Shown piece after piece: positions 1 to 10,769 of a stretch of DNA of 64,000 bases (positions within the stretch are counted from its first letter, which is position 1; each line of letters begins with the position of its first letter). Origin of the DNA: Hydrolagus colliei (lineage: Eukaryota); NCBI GenBank assembly GCA_035084275.1, contig CM068742.1, positions 21,576,001-21,640,000 on the forward strand, in the 5' to 3' direction. The translations under genes were made by a program, and so were the position numbers. The notes under the pieces were generated by a model. The model searched no databases. It worked only from the letters and a program-made list of their open reading frames with translations, and was not told the origin of the DNA.

Positions 1-360
1 GATGTGAATGTGTGGGGGCCAGGGTCTGTGTGAGCCTGAGGTGATGTAAATGTGTGTGAGTGTGGATATGAGTGTATGTGGTTTTATGTGAATATGGGTA
101 TGTCTGTGTGTAGATATGAGTGTGTATGGGTGTGTGAATGTATGTGGATGTGAGTGTCTGGATGTGTGTGGATGTGAGTGTATGTGTGTGGATGAGAGTG
201 TGTGTAGATGAGAGTTTGTGAGTGGATGTGAGTGTGTGTGGATATGAATGTGTGTGGGTCTGGGTGGATGTGAGTGTTTGCACGTGTGTGGTTGTGAGTA
301 TGAATTGAGTGTCTTTGTTTAGAATGTATGAGTGTGGCTGACTGTGTGTTTAAGTGAATA
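1..360. repeat. Degenerate (GT)-rich microsatellite
   Basis: Continuous imperfect TGTG/GAGTGT repeats from the window start. Confidence 0.9.
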
Positions 361-597
361 TGTTGCTGGACGCGGATATGTTTCTGGGTATGAAGTATTA
401 ATTTGAACGGGAAATATTTAGCAAAATCTTTTATCTGATGGGAGTTGGCATCTTGTCATGGTTGGCAAACGCAGAAGAATTCTTTCCTACTGTTCCAGTC
501 TTCTGTAGAAATGTTTAATTTACTGATCACTTCCTTCGTCTCAATGACAGATGATTTGTCATGTTTAGACTATAACATTGTCTTTCCTTGTGTCCAA

Positions 598-1463
598 TAG
601 GGTCCGGCAATATATCGATATATCGCTAAAACCCAATATAATTTTCACATCGATATGACGATATAGACATTTCAAGAATATCGATATATCGAAAAATTGA
701 TATATCGAGGTAAAAAATCGGGATGCGAGCACACTGAACTACAAGACCCAGAATGCTCATCTCTATACACAATGCACAGACGAAGGGGCAAAGCCGCCAT
801 ATTGTATTCACAGTCCTCGAATACAATATACAGGTATGCAAGGGGTGGGGGTGAGAGAGATGGCTGGGGGGTGGGGTGGGGGGTGAGGGGGAGGGAGACT
901 GCTGGGGGAGGGGCCACGGGGAGAGAGACGACTGGGGGGTGGGGGAGAGAGATGGCTGGGGGGAGAAGGGGAGAGAGACGGCTGGGGGGAGGGGGAGAGA
1001 GACGGCTGGGGAGAGAGGGAGGGAGACGGCTGGGGGGAGGGGGAGAGAGACGGCTGGGGGGAGAAAGTTGGCTGGAGGGGGGAGAGAGATGGCTGGGGGG
1101 GGGAGGGAGAGAGAGATGGCGGTGGGGGAGGGAGAAATAGACGGCTGGGGGGGTGGTGGGCGAGAGAGACGACGGGGGTGGGGGAGAGAGGGAGAGAGAC
1201 ACAGATACACACAGACAGAAAAACACAAAGATGGAGAGAGTGAGAGACACACAGAGAGAATGATATTTACCTCCTGAGAAGATAGGCCCCAAATGCGCGT
1301 GCACCCGGAATGCGCGCGCACCAGGAACGCGCGCGCATTCCGAATGCACGCACCGCGCGCGCATGTGCAGTACGAAAAACCCGAAAATATCGATATTTCG
1401 GTATATCTCGATATGAGCCCATCGATATATTTAATCGGAAAATTTCCATATCGACGGACCCTA
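598..1463. mobile_element. Non-autonomous hAT DNA transposon (MITE), copy 1
   Basis: TIRs TAGGGTCCGGCAATAT ... ATATCGACGGACCCTA; exact 8-bp TSD GTGTCCAA at 590-597 and 1464-1471; ATATCG subterminal repeats; internal GGGGGAGAGAGACGGCT minisatellite; no transposase. Confidence 0.92.
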
Positions 1464-1696
1464 GTGTCCAAGTCACTTTGACGTGAGGTAGTGCATTAGC
1501 CACAACACAGATCAGCATTACAGCGGATTCCATCAGAACCTGTTTCTGTGAAGGCGGCAGGAAATAGACCTTGACATCTCCACAGGGACCCTCAGTTTCT
1601 AGAAAATGAAAAGAAGCTTCAAAGTCAAATAATAGCCACTATCAATGATAATAATAATAATAATAATAATCCATGCCTTTGAGGTAGCATTTTGCA

Positions 1697-2243
1697 CATA
1701 AGAACATAAGAACATACGAATTAGGAGCAGGAGTAGGCCATTCGGCCCTTTGAGCCTGCCCCACCATTCAATAAGATCATGGCTGATCTTCTCACCGAAC
1801 TCTGATTACCTGTCCTATCCCCATATCCCCTCATCCCTCTATTTTTCAAAAATCTATCAGTCTCAGCCTTGAAAATGTTCAAGGACTGAGCATCTACAGC
1901 CTTCTGGGGTAGTGAATTCCATAAATTCACTACCCTCTGAATGAAGAAATGTTTCCTCAACTCTGTTCTAAAAGGCTGACCCTTAATTTTAAGACTGTGA
2001 CCCCTGGTTATAGATTCTTCTACCAGGGGAAACAGTCCCTCAGTGTCTACTTTATCTAGCCCTTTAAGAATCTTATATGTTTCAATAAGATCCCCCCTAA
2101 TTCTTCTGTACTCTAGAGAATACAGCCCTCGTTTATTCAACCTATCCTCATAGGTCAGTCCTCTCATCCCAGGAACTAACCTAGTGAATCTACGCTGCAC
2201 CCTCTCTGAGGCAAGTATGTCCTTTTTTAAATAAGGAGACCAT
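1697..2243 (-). mobile_element. CR1 LINE 3' fragment (ORF2 C-terminus and tail)
   Basis: ORF 1721-2200: QRRFTRLVPGMRGLTYEDRL...RGDLIETYKIL...RGHSLKI...VVNLWNSLP, followed by an (ATAAGAAC)n tail. It sits inside a minus-strand SINE tail whose halves are at about 1647-1696 and 2250-2320. Confidence 0.92.
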
Positions 2244-2854
2244 CTTCTAGACAGCTTCTAGATGCCTCAAAGCGCTTCACGGAATATACTGTAAATTGAA
2301 TTGACTATATTTCTGGATAAAGTTCCCTTATAAGTTTCAGATTGGTCAAGTTAAACAATGACTGTATATGTTCTGGGTGAGCTGACCACAGACTGTTGTT
2401 TCCTAATGTTGCTATCAGTTGGTGTTGGAATAAGTTACTGGAAAGATGAGCAACACTTTCTGAAGCATTGCTTGATATTTGTACGATTGATTTCCAAATA
2501 TCTCTGATTGACAACCACTCAGCATTAAACACGTACATACATTGGTTGAGCTGTAACTCTGCAGTCTGTGTTTATCCGTATATCTGACCAGATTTACCAA
2601 ATCAAATCTTTATGATCAGAAACTGAGCGACACAGTGCGTCTGCGAGGCCATCTCCTGCTAACAATGGGAGGATCAGGTCCCAATTTCCTCATGTTCTAC
2701 AGATCCATAAACTTGGTTTCAAAGCTCATAACGTACATTGTTCCCAGTAAAATATCCCAAAGGGTACAACGTAAATTGATGCTCTGACCACTGAGCTACA
2801 GGACCCCACGCGTGAATTTGAAAGGAAACTGAGAGCCAGGTTGTTGCCATGTGT

Positions 2855-3170
2855 TGAGGACTTGGTGATGTTCTTGACAATGATGGTCTGGGTGGGGACA
2901 TGGGTGTAAACCGCGTCCCTCCTCCAGTTCTGGCCGGGACAGTCAGCCGGCTAGTGGTGCCGCTGGTCCCATTGTCTTCTTTAACCAAGGGAGAGGTCAC
3001 AACACCTGAGGCTATGGGCTGCCCATCCTTCAGCCAGTCAACCCTGAGGTTCTCTGGATGGAAAGCGGATATTAAGCAGACAGCAGTGGCCTGTTTGTTC
3101 AGTGTGATGTGTTCAGGGGAAATCTGTGTGAGGATCACAACTGGGGGCAATGGTGTCTGCAAAACATGAT
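2855..3170 (-). pseudogene. IGHM: Ig heavy-chain constant C1-set exon, IgM CH2-like, inactivated
   Basis: Acceptor ctgcAG at 3172-3171. Reads (D)HVLQTPLPPVVILTQISPEHITLNKQATAVCLISAFHPENLRVDWLKDGQPIASGVVTSPLVKEDNGTSGTTSRLTVPAR, then a 1-nt frameshift to WRRDAVYT-HVPTQTIIVKNIT with the second Cys motif deleted. Closely resembles shark IgM CH2 as recalled (PPTVILT...FHPESITVSWLKDGQ...FVTSP...TSRLTVPA). The 3' boundary is approximate. Confidence 0.78.
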
Positions 3171-3896
3171 CTGCAGCACATTCAGTAAGAGGTTATGGTT
3201 TGTTCGATGGGAATATTTCTTGTGTGTAATTGACATTGATATTAATATTGACATTGATATTAATATTGACATTCACCTCAGCCATGTTGTGGACACTTCT
3301 CTCTCAAGACTTATCCCTTTCAATCTTCCCAGTAAAGACCCCGTTTTAGAAGGATAAACACTGCAATCTCCTCAATGTTTACATGTGATATATTGCACTA
3401 AACTCTAACGTGGGCTTGCAGATGAAAATTCTTCTGTTCTGCCTGTCCTGTTATGTATCTGTCCTGCGACATCCTTCCGACATGAAAGGCGATCTATAAA
3501 TGTAATTTTATGGTTCTTGTTGTTGTATGATTGAACATTCCTCATGTCTTACTTCCAAAGCTAGATGACTCTCATTTTCAGAGTCCCACGTTCCCTCTGT
3601 CTAGTTTGTGTTGTAACTGTTTCTTGTCAAGCTGTTTGCCTATTTTCCCTGGACAATTAAAAAACTGTTTGAGTCCTCCCTATGCCGTTCATATTCTGCC
3701 CATTATCTCTAAGTAAAGCAGCACTCGGGAAATGAGGGAAGCATCATCAGGCCATTGCAGATTCTCTGTGATGGGAGAGTTCAAATAACTTGGTGAAGAA
3801 AACTAACATCCCCACAGCTACAATGTTGAGTGTCTGCCCTGAATGATGTGGGAGCAACATGTTTGATTGCTCTGTATATTGGCACCCAACTCTGAC

Positions 3897-4097
3897 CTGG
3901 CACATGGACATCCACAACTGGACACTTGTTGCTTTGATGTTCAACCTTACAGTGGATGTTGCCATTGTCCAGCTGAGATGCCGCGATTGTTAACTGGCTG
4001 CTCAGAGTGTAGAGGCCATTCTTGTTGAACACTGAGGGATAAGTCTTGACTTGGTCAGTAATGAGACGTTTGTTTGACGTCCAGATGAGTTGTCTCC
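3897..4097 (-). pseudogene. IGHM: Ig heavy-chain constant exon, IgM CH1-like, 5'-truncated
   Basis: Reads IWTSNKRLITDQVKTYPSVFNKNGLYTLSSQLTIAASQLDNGNIHCKVEHQSNKCPVVDVHVP G|gtcaga. The phase-1 donor at 3896-3895 splices in frame to the 3170 acceptor. Matches the recalled shark IgM CH1 motif KTYPSVLNKKGTYT.SSQLTI. The first Cys half is missing. Confidence 0.75.
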
Positions 4098-4150
4098 TAA
4101 CCCGGAGTATAAAATACAGACACTGGGGTAGGTAACAGACTGTATCCCCA
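4098..4150 (+). pseudogene. 3' end and donor of an NLR/RI-type LRR exon (fragment)
   Basis: aacccggagtataaaatacagacactggggtaggtaacagactgt aligns with 6580-6620 (aacccagagtgtaaaacacagatacagaggtaacagactgt), i.e. the NPECKIQ.L end of an LRR exon. Confidence 0.6.
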
Positions 4151-4169
4151 GAGACTGACTGACTTCAAT

Positions 4170-5580
4170 TGAGTCTGTCTGTCTGTCTGTCTGCCTGCCT
4201 GTTTGGGTGGGTGGGTGGGTTTGTGTATGCATGTGTTTGAGTGAGCGTGAATTTTGCATATGTTTGTTTTGTATTTGGTGTGTTTACATGTGTGGGCTTA
4301 TGTAGGTTGGGTGTATTTGTGTGTGTATTAATCGTGAGTACATAGGAATAGGAGTAGACCATCATTCAGCCTTTTAAGCCTGTTCTGCCATTTAATAAGA
4401 TCATGGCTTATCTGAAGCTCAACTAATCCTGACAATTCCTCACTTTCTCCCCATACATCCTGATATCCTGACCTACAAAATATCTATGTATGTGAATGGT
4501 TCTTTGTACACGTGTGTGGTTGGGTTTTTGTTTGTGTGTGTGTGGGGTTGGGGTGGGGCTGGGTGGGGGGGTTGTAGCTGCCGGTGTGTGTGAGATGTGC
4601 GCATTTGCGTGTGTGTATATTTGATGTGTGTGTATGTTTGTTTGGTGTGGGTGTTTGTACATGTGTGAGGTTGGGAGTGTACGTGTATGGGTTGTGTATG
4701 TGTCTGAAACACTGAATGTCCGTTGCCTCGGGATGTCCTCAAGATGTGAAAGGGCTATACACATGTAACTTTGTTGTTGTTGTTGGTGTGTATGGTGTGT
4801 ATATGTGTGCATATGTGGTGTGTGTGCATGGATGTGTGTTTGAGTGTGTGTATTTGTTGTGTGTTGTTTTTGTGTGTGTGTTGGTGTGTAAATGTTTTGT
4901 GTGTCTCTGTATGGTGACACGCCTCCTGTGCAGCGCCTTGGGACGTCCTCCCGACGTGAAAGGCGCTCTATAAATGTAATTTGTTGTTGTTGTTGTTGTC
5001 TGCATATGTTTGTGATGCATGTGTGGTCTTCATATATGTATACATGTGTAGTGTTCAGGCATGCATTTGTGTGTGTTTTTATTCTGTGTCTGTACATCTG
5101 AATATGTCTGTGTGGTGTTAATTTTGTGTGTGTGTATTTCGTGTGTGAATATGTTTGAATGTGTGTTGTGAATGTTTGTGCTGTGTGCCATATGTCAGTG
5201 TGCTTCTGTGCGGTGTACACGTTTGTGTGTCTTTGTTTTGCGTGTATATGTGCGTGCGTTTGTGTGTTTGTATATCCATGTGTATCTATGTGTGGTGTGT
5301 GTTTCTATGTTTGCTGTGCGTGTGTGTATCTATATACAGTATGTCTTTGTGTATGTTTGTTTTGTGTGTGTTTGTGTGTGTATGCATGTGTTTGTGTATG
5401 GGTTATGTGTGTGCCTGTATTTTGTGTGTGTGTGTGTGTGTGTGTGCTGTGTGATTGTGCGTCTCTCTGTTTTTGTGTGTGTGTGTCTCTCTGTCTTTCT
5501 GTGTTTCTGTGTGTGTGCTTGTTTTTGTGTGTGTGTTTGTGTATCAGTCTGTTTTTTGTGTGTTTGTGTGTGTACATATG
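4170..5580. repeat. Long degenerate (GT)n/(GTCT)n array with embedded CR1 and L2 tails
   Basis: About 1.4 kb of imperfect GT repeats. A CR1 tail lies at about 4341-4490 (minus), and L2-type tails ending in (GTT)n lie at about 4720-4785 and 4925-5000. Confidence 0.88.
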
Positions 5581-5639
5581 TAGAAAGCTGGAGCTGAGGA
5601 GCTTTATCATTTAGCATCTATACAATAACAACATGTGGG

Positions 5640-5945
5640 CAAAACAACTGCCCCAGAATAAAGTCTACCGCTGTTCTAGACTGTGTCTCAAAGCGCTTCA
5701 CAGAATATACTGTAAAGTAAATTGACTGTATTTTTGTGGGAGAAATGCGGCAGCAAATTGTGCAGAGCAGTGTCCCCACAAACAGTCATGGATTGAAATG
5801 ACCAATTTATTATTTTTTGAGGGATTATTATTAGGTGTGTGGAGTAAGGAAACTTGCCCAAAGTCTCGCCCTGACCTGCCTGAAATCGAACACAGTCTCA
5901 AGCTTGGAAGGTGAGGGCTCTAACCACTGAGCTACAAGACTCCAC
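5640..5945 (-). mobile_element. tRNA-head Deu-domain SINE
   Basis: Reverse complement carries head TAGCTCAGTGGTTAGAG, core GCTCTGCACAATTTGCTGCCGCATTT and the tail TGTGAAGCGCTTTGAGAC. Confidence 0.8.
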
Positions 5946-5947
5946 TC

Positions 5948-6237
5948 AGTGGACTACAGCTCAGTGGTTAGAGCCCTCGCCTCGCAAGTCAGAGACCTGT
6001 GTTGGATTCTCGGTCAAAGTGAAACCTTAGGCAAGTTTCCTTACTCCACACGCTTCTGTTTACCAACTGTCAATAGGAACCCAGTTGTTAGTGGATTCAC
6101 AGATCACTTTTCCAGTGGTAATCCCTTCAAACTATAATTTTCTGCCATAAAATATACAGTAAATTCACTTGATGCTTTACCCTGTAAAGCGCTTTGAGAC
6201 ACCTGGAAGAGATGATAAGGCCAGGATTATTATTATT
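5948..6237 (+). mobile_element. tRNA-head SINE (internally shortened)
   Basis: Head ctacagctcagtggttagag...gaaaccttaggcaagtttccttactccacacg; tail gtaaagcgctttgagac...ggattattattatt. Confidence 0.78.
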
Positions 6238-6437
6238 TGATATATTATATCTGTATATCAGGAAACCCTCTGAATCCCCCTCACTGGAGATAGGGACTCT
6301 CTGCGGATCATTTCCATCTCTGTATCCGCTTGTGGCTTCAAACGCCTCTTCTTTCCCTGGGAGATGGCCTGTAGTGAGATACAGTGGGTTATACACACTG
6401 TGTTTACTCTGATCACTGTCATGTCTCTGATCTCCAG

Positions 6438-6608
6438 GCTGGACACTGTTTGTCTGACAGCTGATTGTGCCGAGGATCTGATCTCCACTCTCACTACGAG
6501 CCGCTCACTGACACAGCTGGACCTGGGCGATATTAAACTGGGAGATTCTGGAGTGAAGCAAGTGTGTTAGGCTCTGAGGAACCCAGAGTGTAAAACACAG
6601 ATACAGAG
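6438..6608 (+). pseudogene. Orphan NLR (NLRC3/NLRP-like) leucine-rich-repeat exon with premature stop
   Basis: ctccAG acceptor at 6436-6437, GTAACA donor at 6609. Length is 171 nt with phase 2-2, the RI/NLRP LRR exon size. Reads LDTVCLTADCAEDLISTLTTSRSLTQLDLGDIKLGDSGVKQVC*ALRNPECKTQIQ with TAG at 6568-6570. Confidence 0.85.
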
Positions 6609-7797
6609 GTAACAGACTGTGTCTCCAGAGATTGTGCATGTATGAGAGAGGGCGAGAGGCACTGGATTCGAACACAGGTCTCACGCTTGTAAGGCGAGTG
6701 CTCTAACCACTGAGCTCCAGGAGCTGCTATAAGCAGCTGACAGCTGTGTTTCCTCCACAACATGTACAGTCACTCCACTTTACAGTATATTCTGTGAAGC
6801 ACTTTGTGGCATCTCCACAGAATTAGAAGGTGTCTTATCAAGGGCAAGGATTCTAATTATTATTAAAAGTGAGGACAGGACGAGGATGTTGAATTTGATT
6901 GGTTGAGGAACAGGGAACGAGTGTATCTGGTCACAGAGCCTGCTGCGGGAGAGGACACGAGCTGCAGAGACCCGAACAGTCTGTAGCTTGTGGAGGAAAG
7001 AGCTGGGAAGCCCAGAGAGCAGAGAGTTGGTGAAGTGAAGCCAAGATGTGAGAACAGCATCAATAAGGCTAACAGTGGTCCCAGGGGAGAGGGAGAGGCA
7101 TATATAAAATGTATAGAAGTTTTACATCATAGAAGGAGGTCATTCGGCTGTTGTGTGGAGAAGCTTTCTGATCTTTATCAGCCTCACTCTCCTCACTGCC
7201 CCAACACATTCACTGAGTAAACAGATAAAATAAGTGATGAATGTAATTTAATTTAATCTGTAGCCTTTATTGCTTTATTTTAAAAGGTGCTTTATTTTAA
7301 AAGCATCTTGCAAATTAAGACTAAAACAACAACAAAGTTACATTTCTAGAGTGCCTTTCACGTCGGGAGGATGTCCCAAGGTTCTGGGACTAAGCGCTCT
7401 GAGACGCCGTCCGGCGTGGAGGGCGCTATATAAATCAAAGTTGTTGTTGTTGGGACTAGCATTTTTCCTCAATTTGGCAATGATTTATTACAGTCTATTC
7501 ATATCCCATAAAATAAACAGTCACTAAACTTTGCAGTGTATCCTGTAAACTGCTTTGAGACATCTGAACAATGCAATAAGGGGCTATGTTAGGCACTAGG
7601 ATTATTATTACATAAATTGCAATGAATTGATGACTATACGTATTTAATGATTTAAATGTTTTTAGGTATAAATGGCAATTAATTAATGGTTATATTTTAT
7701 TTATAAATATAGGTTAGTTCATGATAGTTAAGATATAAATGCTGAGGAATTGATCATTATATTATTTGTATCAGTGATGATGAGTTTCTGAACCAAA

Positions 7798-8858
7798 CTC
7801 CTCACCTGCACCAAACTTCACACCCCCATTACCCTAGTCCTTGCCAAACTGCTCTGAATCTCAATCACAGAGAGGATTGACTTCAAGATCCTCCATTCCT
7901 CTGTGCATCCCTTCCTCTCTAGCCTCCACTCTCCTCACAACAGTACCCACTGCCTCAAATATGCTGTGTCCGGCCTCCTCCTTGTCCCCAGAATCCTCCA
8001 CTCCATCATCGGCAGTTTTGCTTTCAGCCACTACACCTCGTAACTTTGGAAATCTCTCCCTCAACCTCTTCACCTCATTCCCTCCATCCCGATCTTATAT
8101 TTTGTGAAGCACTTTGAGGTCGGGAAGTCGTGAGAAGCGTTATATTAAACACAAGAATTATGATTATTATATTCGAGTCACACTGGAAAGCCTTTCCCTT
8201 TGACCGCGCCTGCAGTTACCTTCCCCCTCCCCCTGGCTCAGCCTCGGGCTCTGGCATTATTAAGCGCTTTGTGACTTTGCCAGGCATGTCTTTGTCACCT
8301 CTCAGCTGGACTATTCCAATGCCCTCCTCGCCGGTCTCCCCTCCACCACAATCCATAAAATCCAACTCATTCAAAACTCTGCCACCCACATTCTCAACCG
8401 CATGAAACTTCGCTTCCCCATTACCCCAGTGCTTGCCAGACTTCACTGACTCCCTGTCCCAGAGAAGATCGACTTCAAGATCCTCACTCTTGTTCTCAAA
8501 TGTCTCCACTCTTCTGCACCCCCCTACCTCTCTGACCTCCTCTCTCCTCAAACCAGCAGCCATTGCCTTCACTCCACCGGGTCTGGCCTCCTCCGTGTCC
8601 CCCGAATCCTCTGCTCTACCCTCAGTGGCTGTGCCTTCAGCCACTACTCTCCGAGGCTCTGGAATTCCCTTCCTTACTCCCTTTGCCTCGCCCCCTTTCT
8701 TCCCAGTTTCAGGTCCCAGGTAAAAACCTTTCTCTTCAACCTTGCCTTTGGTCACCTTTCTACCCCTGCCCCTGGCTTGGTCCCGGGATCCATTGTGAAA
8801 TGCTCTGAGACGCCATCCGGCGTGGAGGGCGCTATATAAATCGAAGTTGTTGTTGTTG
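7798..8858 (+). mobile_element. Cluster of L2 LINE 3' fragments
   Basis: Two degraded copies (about 7798-8100 and 8285-8858) with LDYSNALLAGL/RIDFKILTL motifs. The second ends tgtgaaatgctctgagacgccatccggcgtggagggcgctatataaatcgaagttgttgttgtt. Confidence 0.85.
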
Positions 8859-8967
8859 GACGGCGCTATATAAATGCAGGTTGTTGTTACTGTCGACTAA
8901 ATTGGTTTATTTGCTTTGATATCTGTGAGGGACCTGTAATTCTGTATGTGGCACATTTCATATCTAT

Positions 8968-9285
8968 GGATTCTAGTAGCTCAGTGGTTAGAGTACTCGT
9001 CTTACAAGCATGAGATCTGTGTTAGAATCCAAGTACGTCAGGGCAAAACCTTGGGCAAGTTTCATTCCTTCACACGCCTAATAATAATCCCTCCAAAAAA
9101 ACCATAATAATAAATTGGTCATTTCAATCCACGACTGTTTGTGGGACGCTGCTGTGCGCAATTGGCTGCCGCATTTTCGCCCACAAATATACAATCAATT
9201 CACTTTACAATATATTCTGTGAAGGGCTTAGAGACGTCTTGAAGACATGAGAGACGCTATATCAAAATGCAAGGATTATTATTAT
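8968..9285 (+). mobile_element. Full-length tRNA-head Deu-domain SINE
   Basis: A-box TAGCTCAGTGG, B-box-like gttagaatcc, core gctgtgcgcaattggctgccgcattt, L2-like tail ending gcaaggattattatt. Confidence 0.88.
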
Positions 9286-9742
9286 ATTTATTAATATGTA
9301 GCTGGCTGCTGTTTATTATATGGTAAATATTTCACTTGGGGGTTTAGCTGAATTGCTCTATGTAATATCTAGGTGATGAGTGTCAGTGTGTTCCCGGTGT
9401 GAGAATCTGTGTTGATGTGAAATGTGATGTATAAACAGTGAAGCCCTCACTCTGCTCTCAGTGGGGCTGTCAATCAGCAATAAAACTGCTGCCAGTATAA
9501 CGGCTTTTGGGCAGATGTGTCTGTGGTTTTCCCATTTCAAACCTCCCTGGGGCCCAGTCTGACTGTAAGTGCTGCAGCTTCACTGTATGCGTGTGTGTGT
9601 CTATGTAGTTTTGTCTGCAGCATATAAGTGTGTTTGTGTATGTGTGTCTCACTGTGTCAGTCTCGTGTGTGTGGGTTTGTGTGTGTGTGCGTACAGAGAC
9701 TTGCATTTGTATATATTTGTGTGTGAGTGTGCTTATTAACTG

Positions 9743-10600
9743 AAGAACATAGCAACATAAGAAATGCGAGACGGAAAAATACCTAAATTCAATCTAGTTC
9801 ACCTTCTTGTCGGTCATACGTATATATATCCTGTGCTATCTAGAATGTTATTTCCTAAAATAAAACAAATCTGTGTTTGAAGGAATCTACTCTTCCTGCT
9901 TCAACTGCCTCCCTAGAGAGCCTGTCCCACATGTTCACTATTTGCTCACTGATATAGTGTTTGCGTAGATTCATTCTGAACTTACACTGCTTGAATTGTA
10001 GCTCATGTCCTCTGATTTTACTATTCTGGACAGGTAGAAGTTTTAAATACAGCAATAATATCACCTCTCAATCTTCCAACAACAACAACACAATTACACT
10101 TGTATAGCTCCTTTCACATTAGGAGGCGCTGGACAGTCATTGTTCCAGCGTGAAATACTCAAGTTACTTAGTGGCTCCTCAGAGTTCAATCCTTCCATTA
10201 CCTCAATTATCTTGCTTACCCTCCTCTGTATATTTTCGATTTCTCCAATATCATGTTCACACTGCAGGAATCAGAACTGTACACAGTTCTCTCAGTGAAT
10301 TCTCACCAATGATTTATACAGTGGCAGGATTATCCCACTATTTTGGCTTGTTATTGATATCTTGATTCATCGCCAACATCTGGTTTGCTTTATTCATGGC
10401 CACAGAGCATTGTTGAGAGAGATTAAATTTATTGTCAATCAGAATCCCCAGGTCCTGATACACCAGGTTTGTCTACATAACAATTTCAATTTGTTAGTCT
10501 TTCGGGTGGGACCTTCAACCAAGTCCTCAATGTTTGGGTGGATATTAAATATTCTTTGACATTATTGATAAGAGAAGAGAGTTGTTCTTTGTATCCTGGC
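9743..10600 (-). mobile_element. Degraded CR1 LINE 3' portion
   Basis: Tail gaacatagcaacataagaa; ORF 9855-10064 RGHELQ...RKHY.SEQIVNMWDRL..EAVEA; upstream dinucleotide-decayed RT sequence. Confidence 0.75.
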
Positions 10601-10769
10601 CAGCAATATCCAGACTATGTGTGGGACACTGCTGTATGCAATTGGGTCCAGGTTTCTTCCAAAAAATATACAGTCACCACACTTTAAAATGTATTCTGTG
10701 AAGACTTTGAGATGTTTCAACAACGTGCTAAGACTGTCATTAAAAAGATTAAAAGGGTTAAACACGTAC

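Noticed and set aside
626-1471. Long Pro/Ser- or Gly/Glu/Arg-rich ORFs here and at 26046-26754 and 30018-30787
   Set aside because: Translations of the hAT MITE minisatellite, which lacks stop codons; open on both strands.
3231-3273. 18-nt tandem repeat TGACATTGATATTAATAT x2.4 in the CH1-CH2 intron
   Set aside because: Simple slippage duplication; not an RSS or switch repeat.
4423-5617. Cys/Val- and His/Thr-rich ORFs
   Set aside because: Translations of (GT)n/(CA)n repeats.
6890-7100. Purine-rich, coding-looking stretch after the LRR exon
   Set aside because: No recognisable domain or clean splice sites in any frame.
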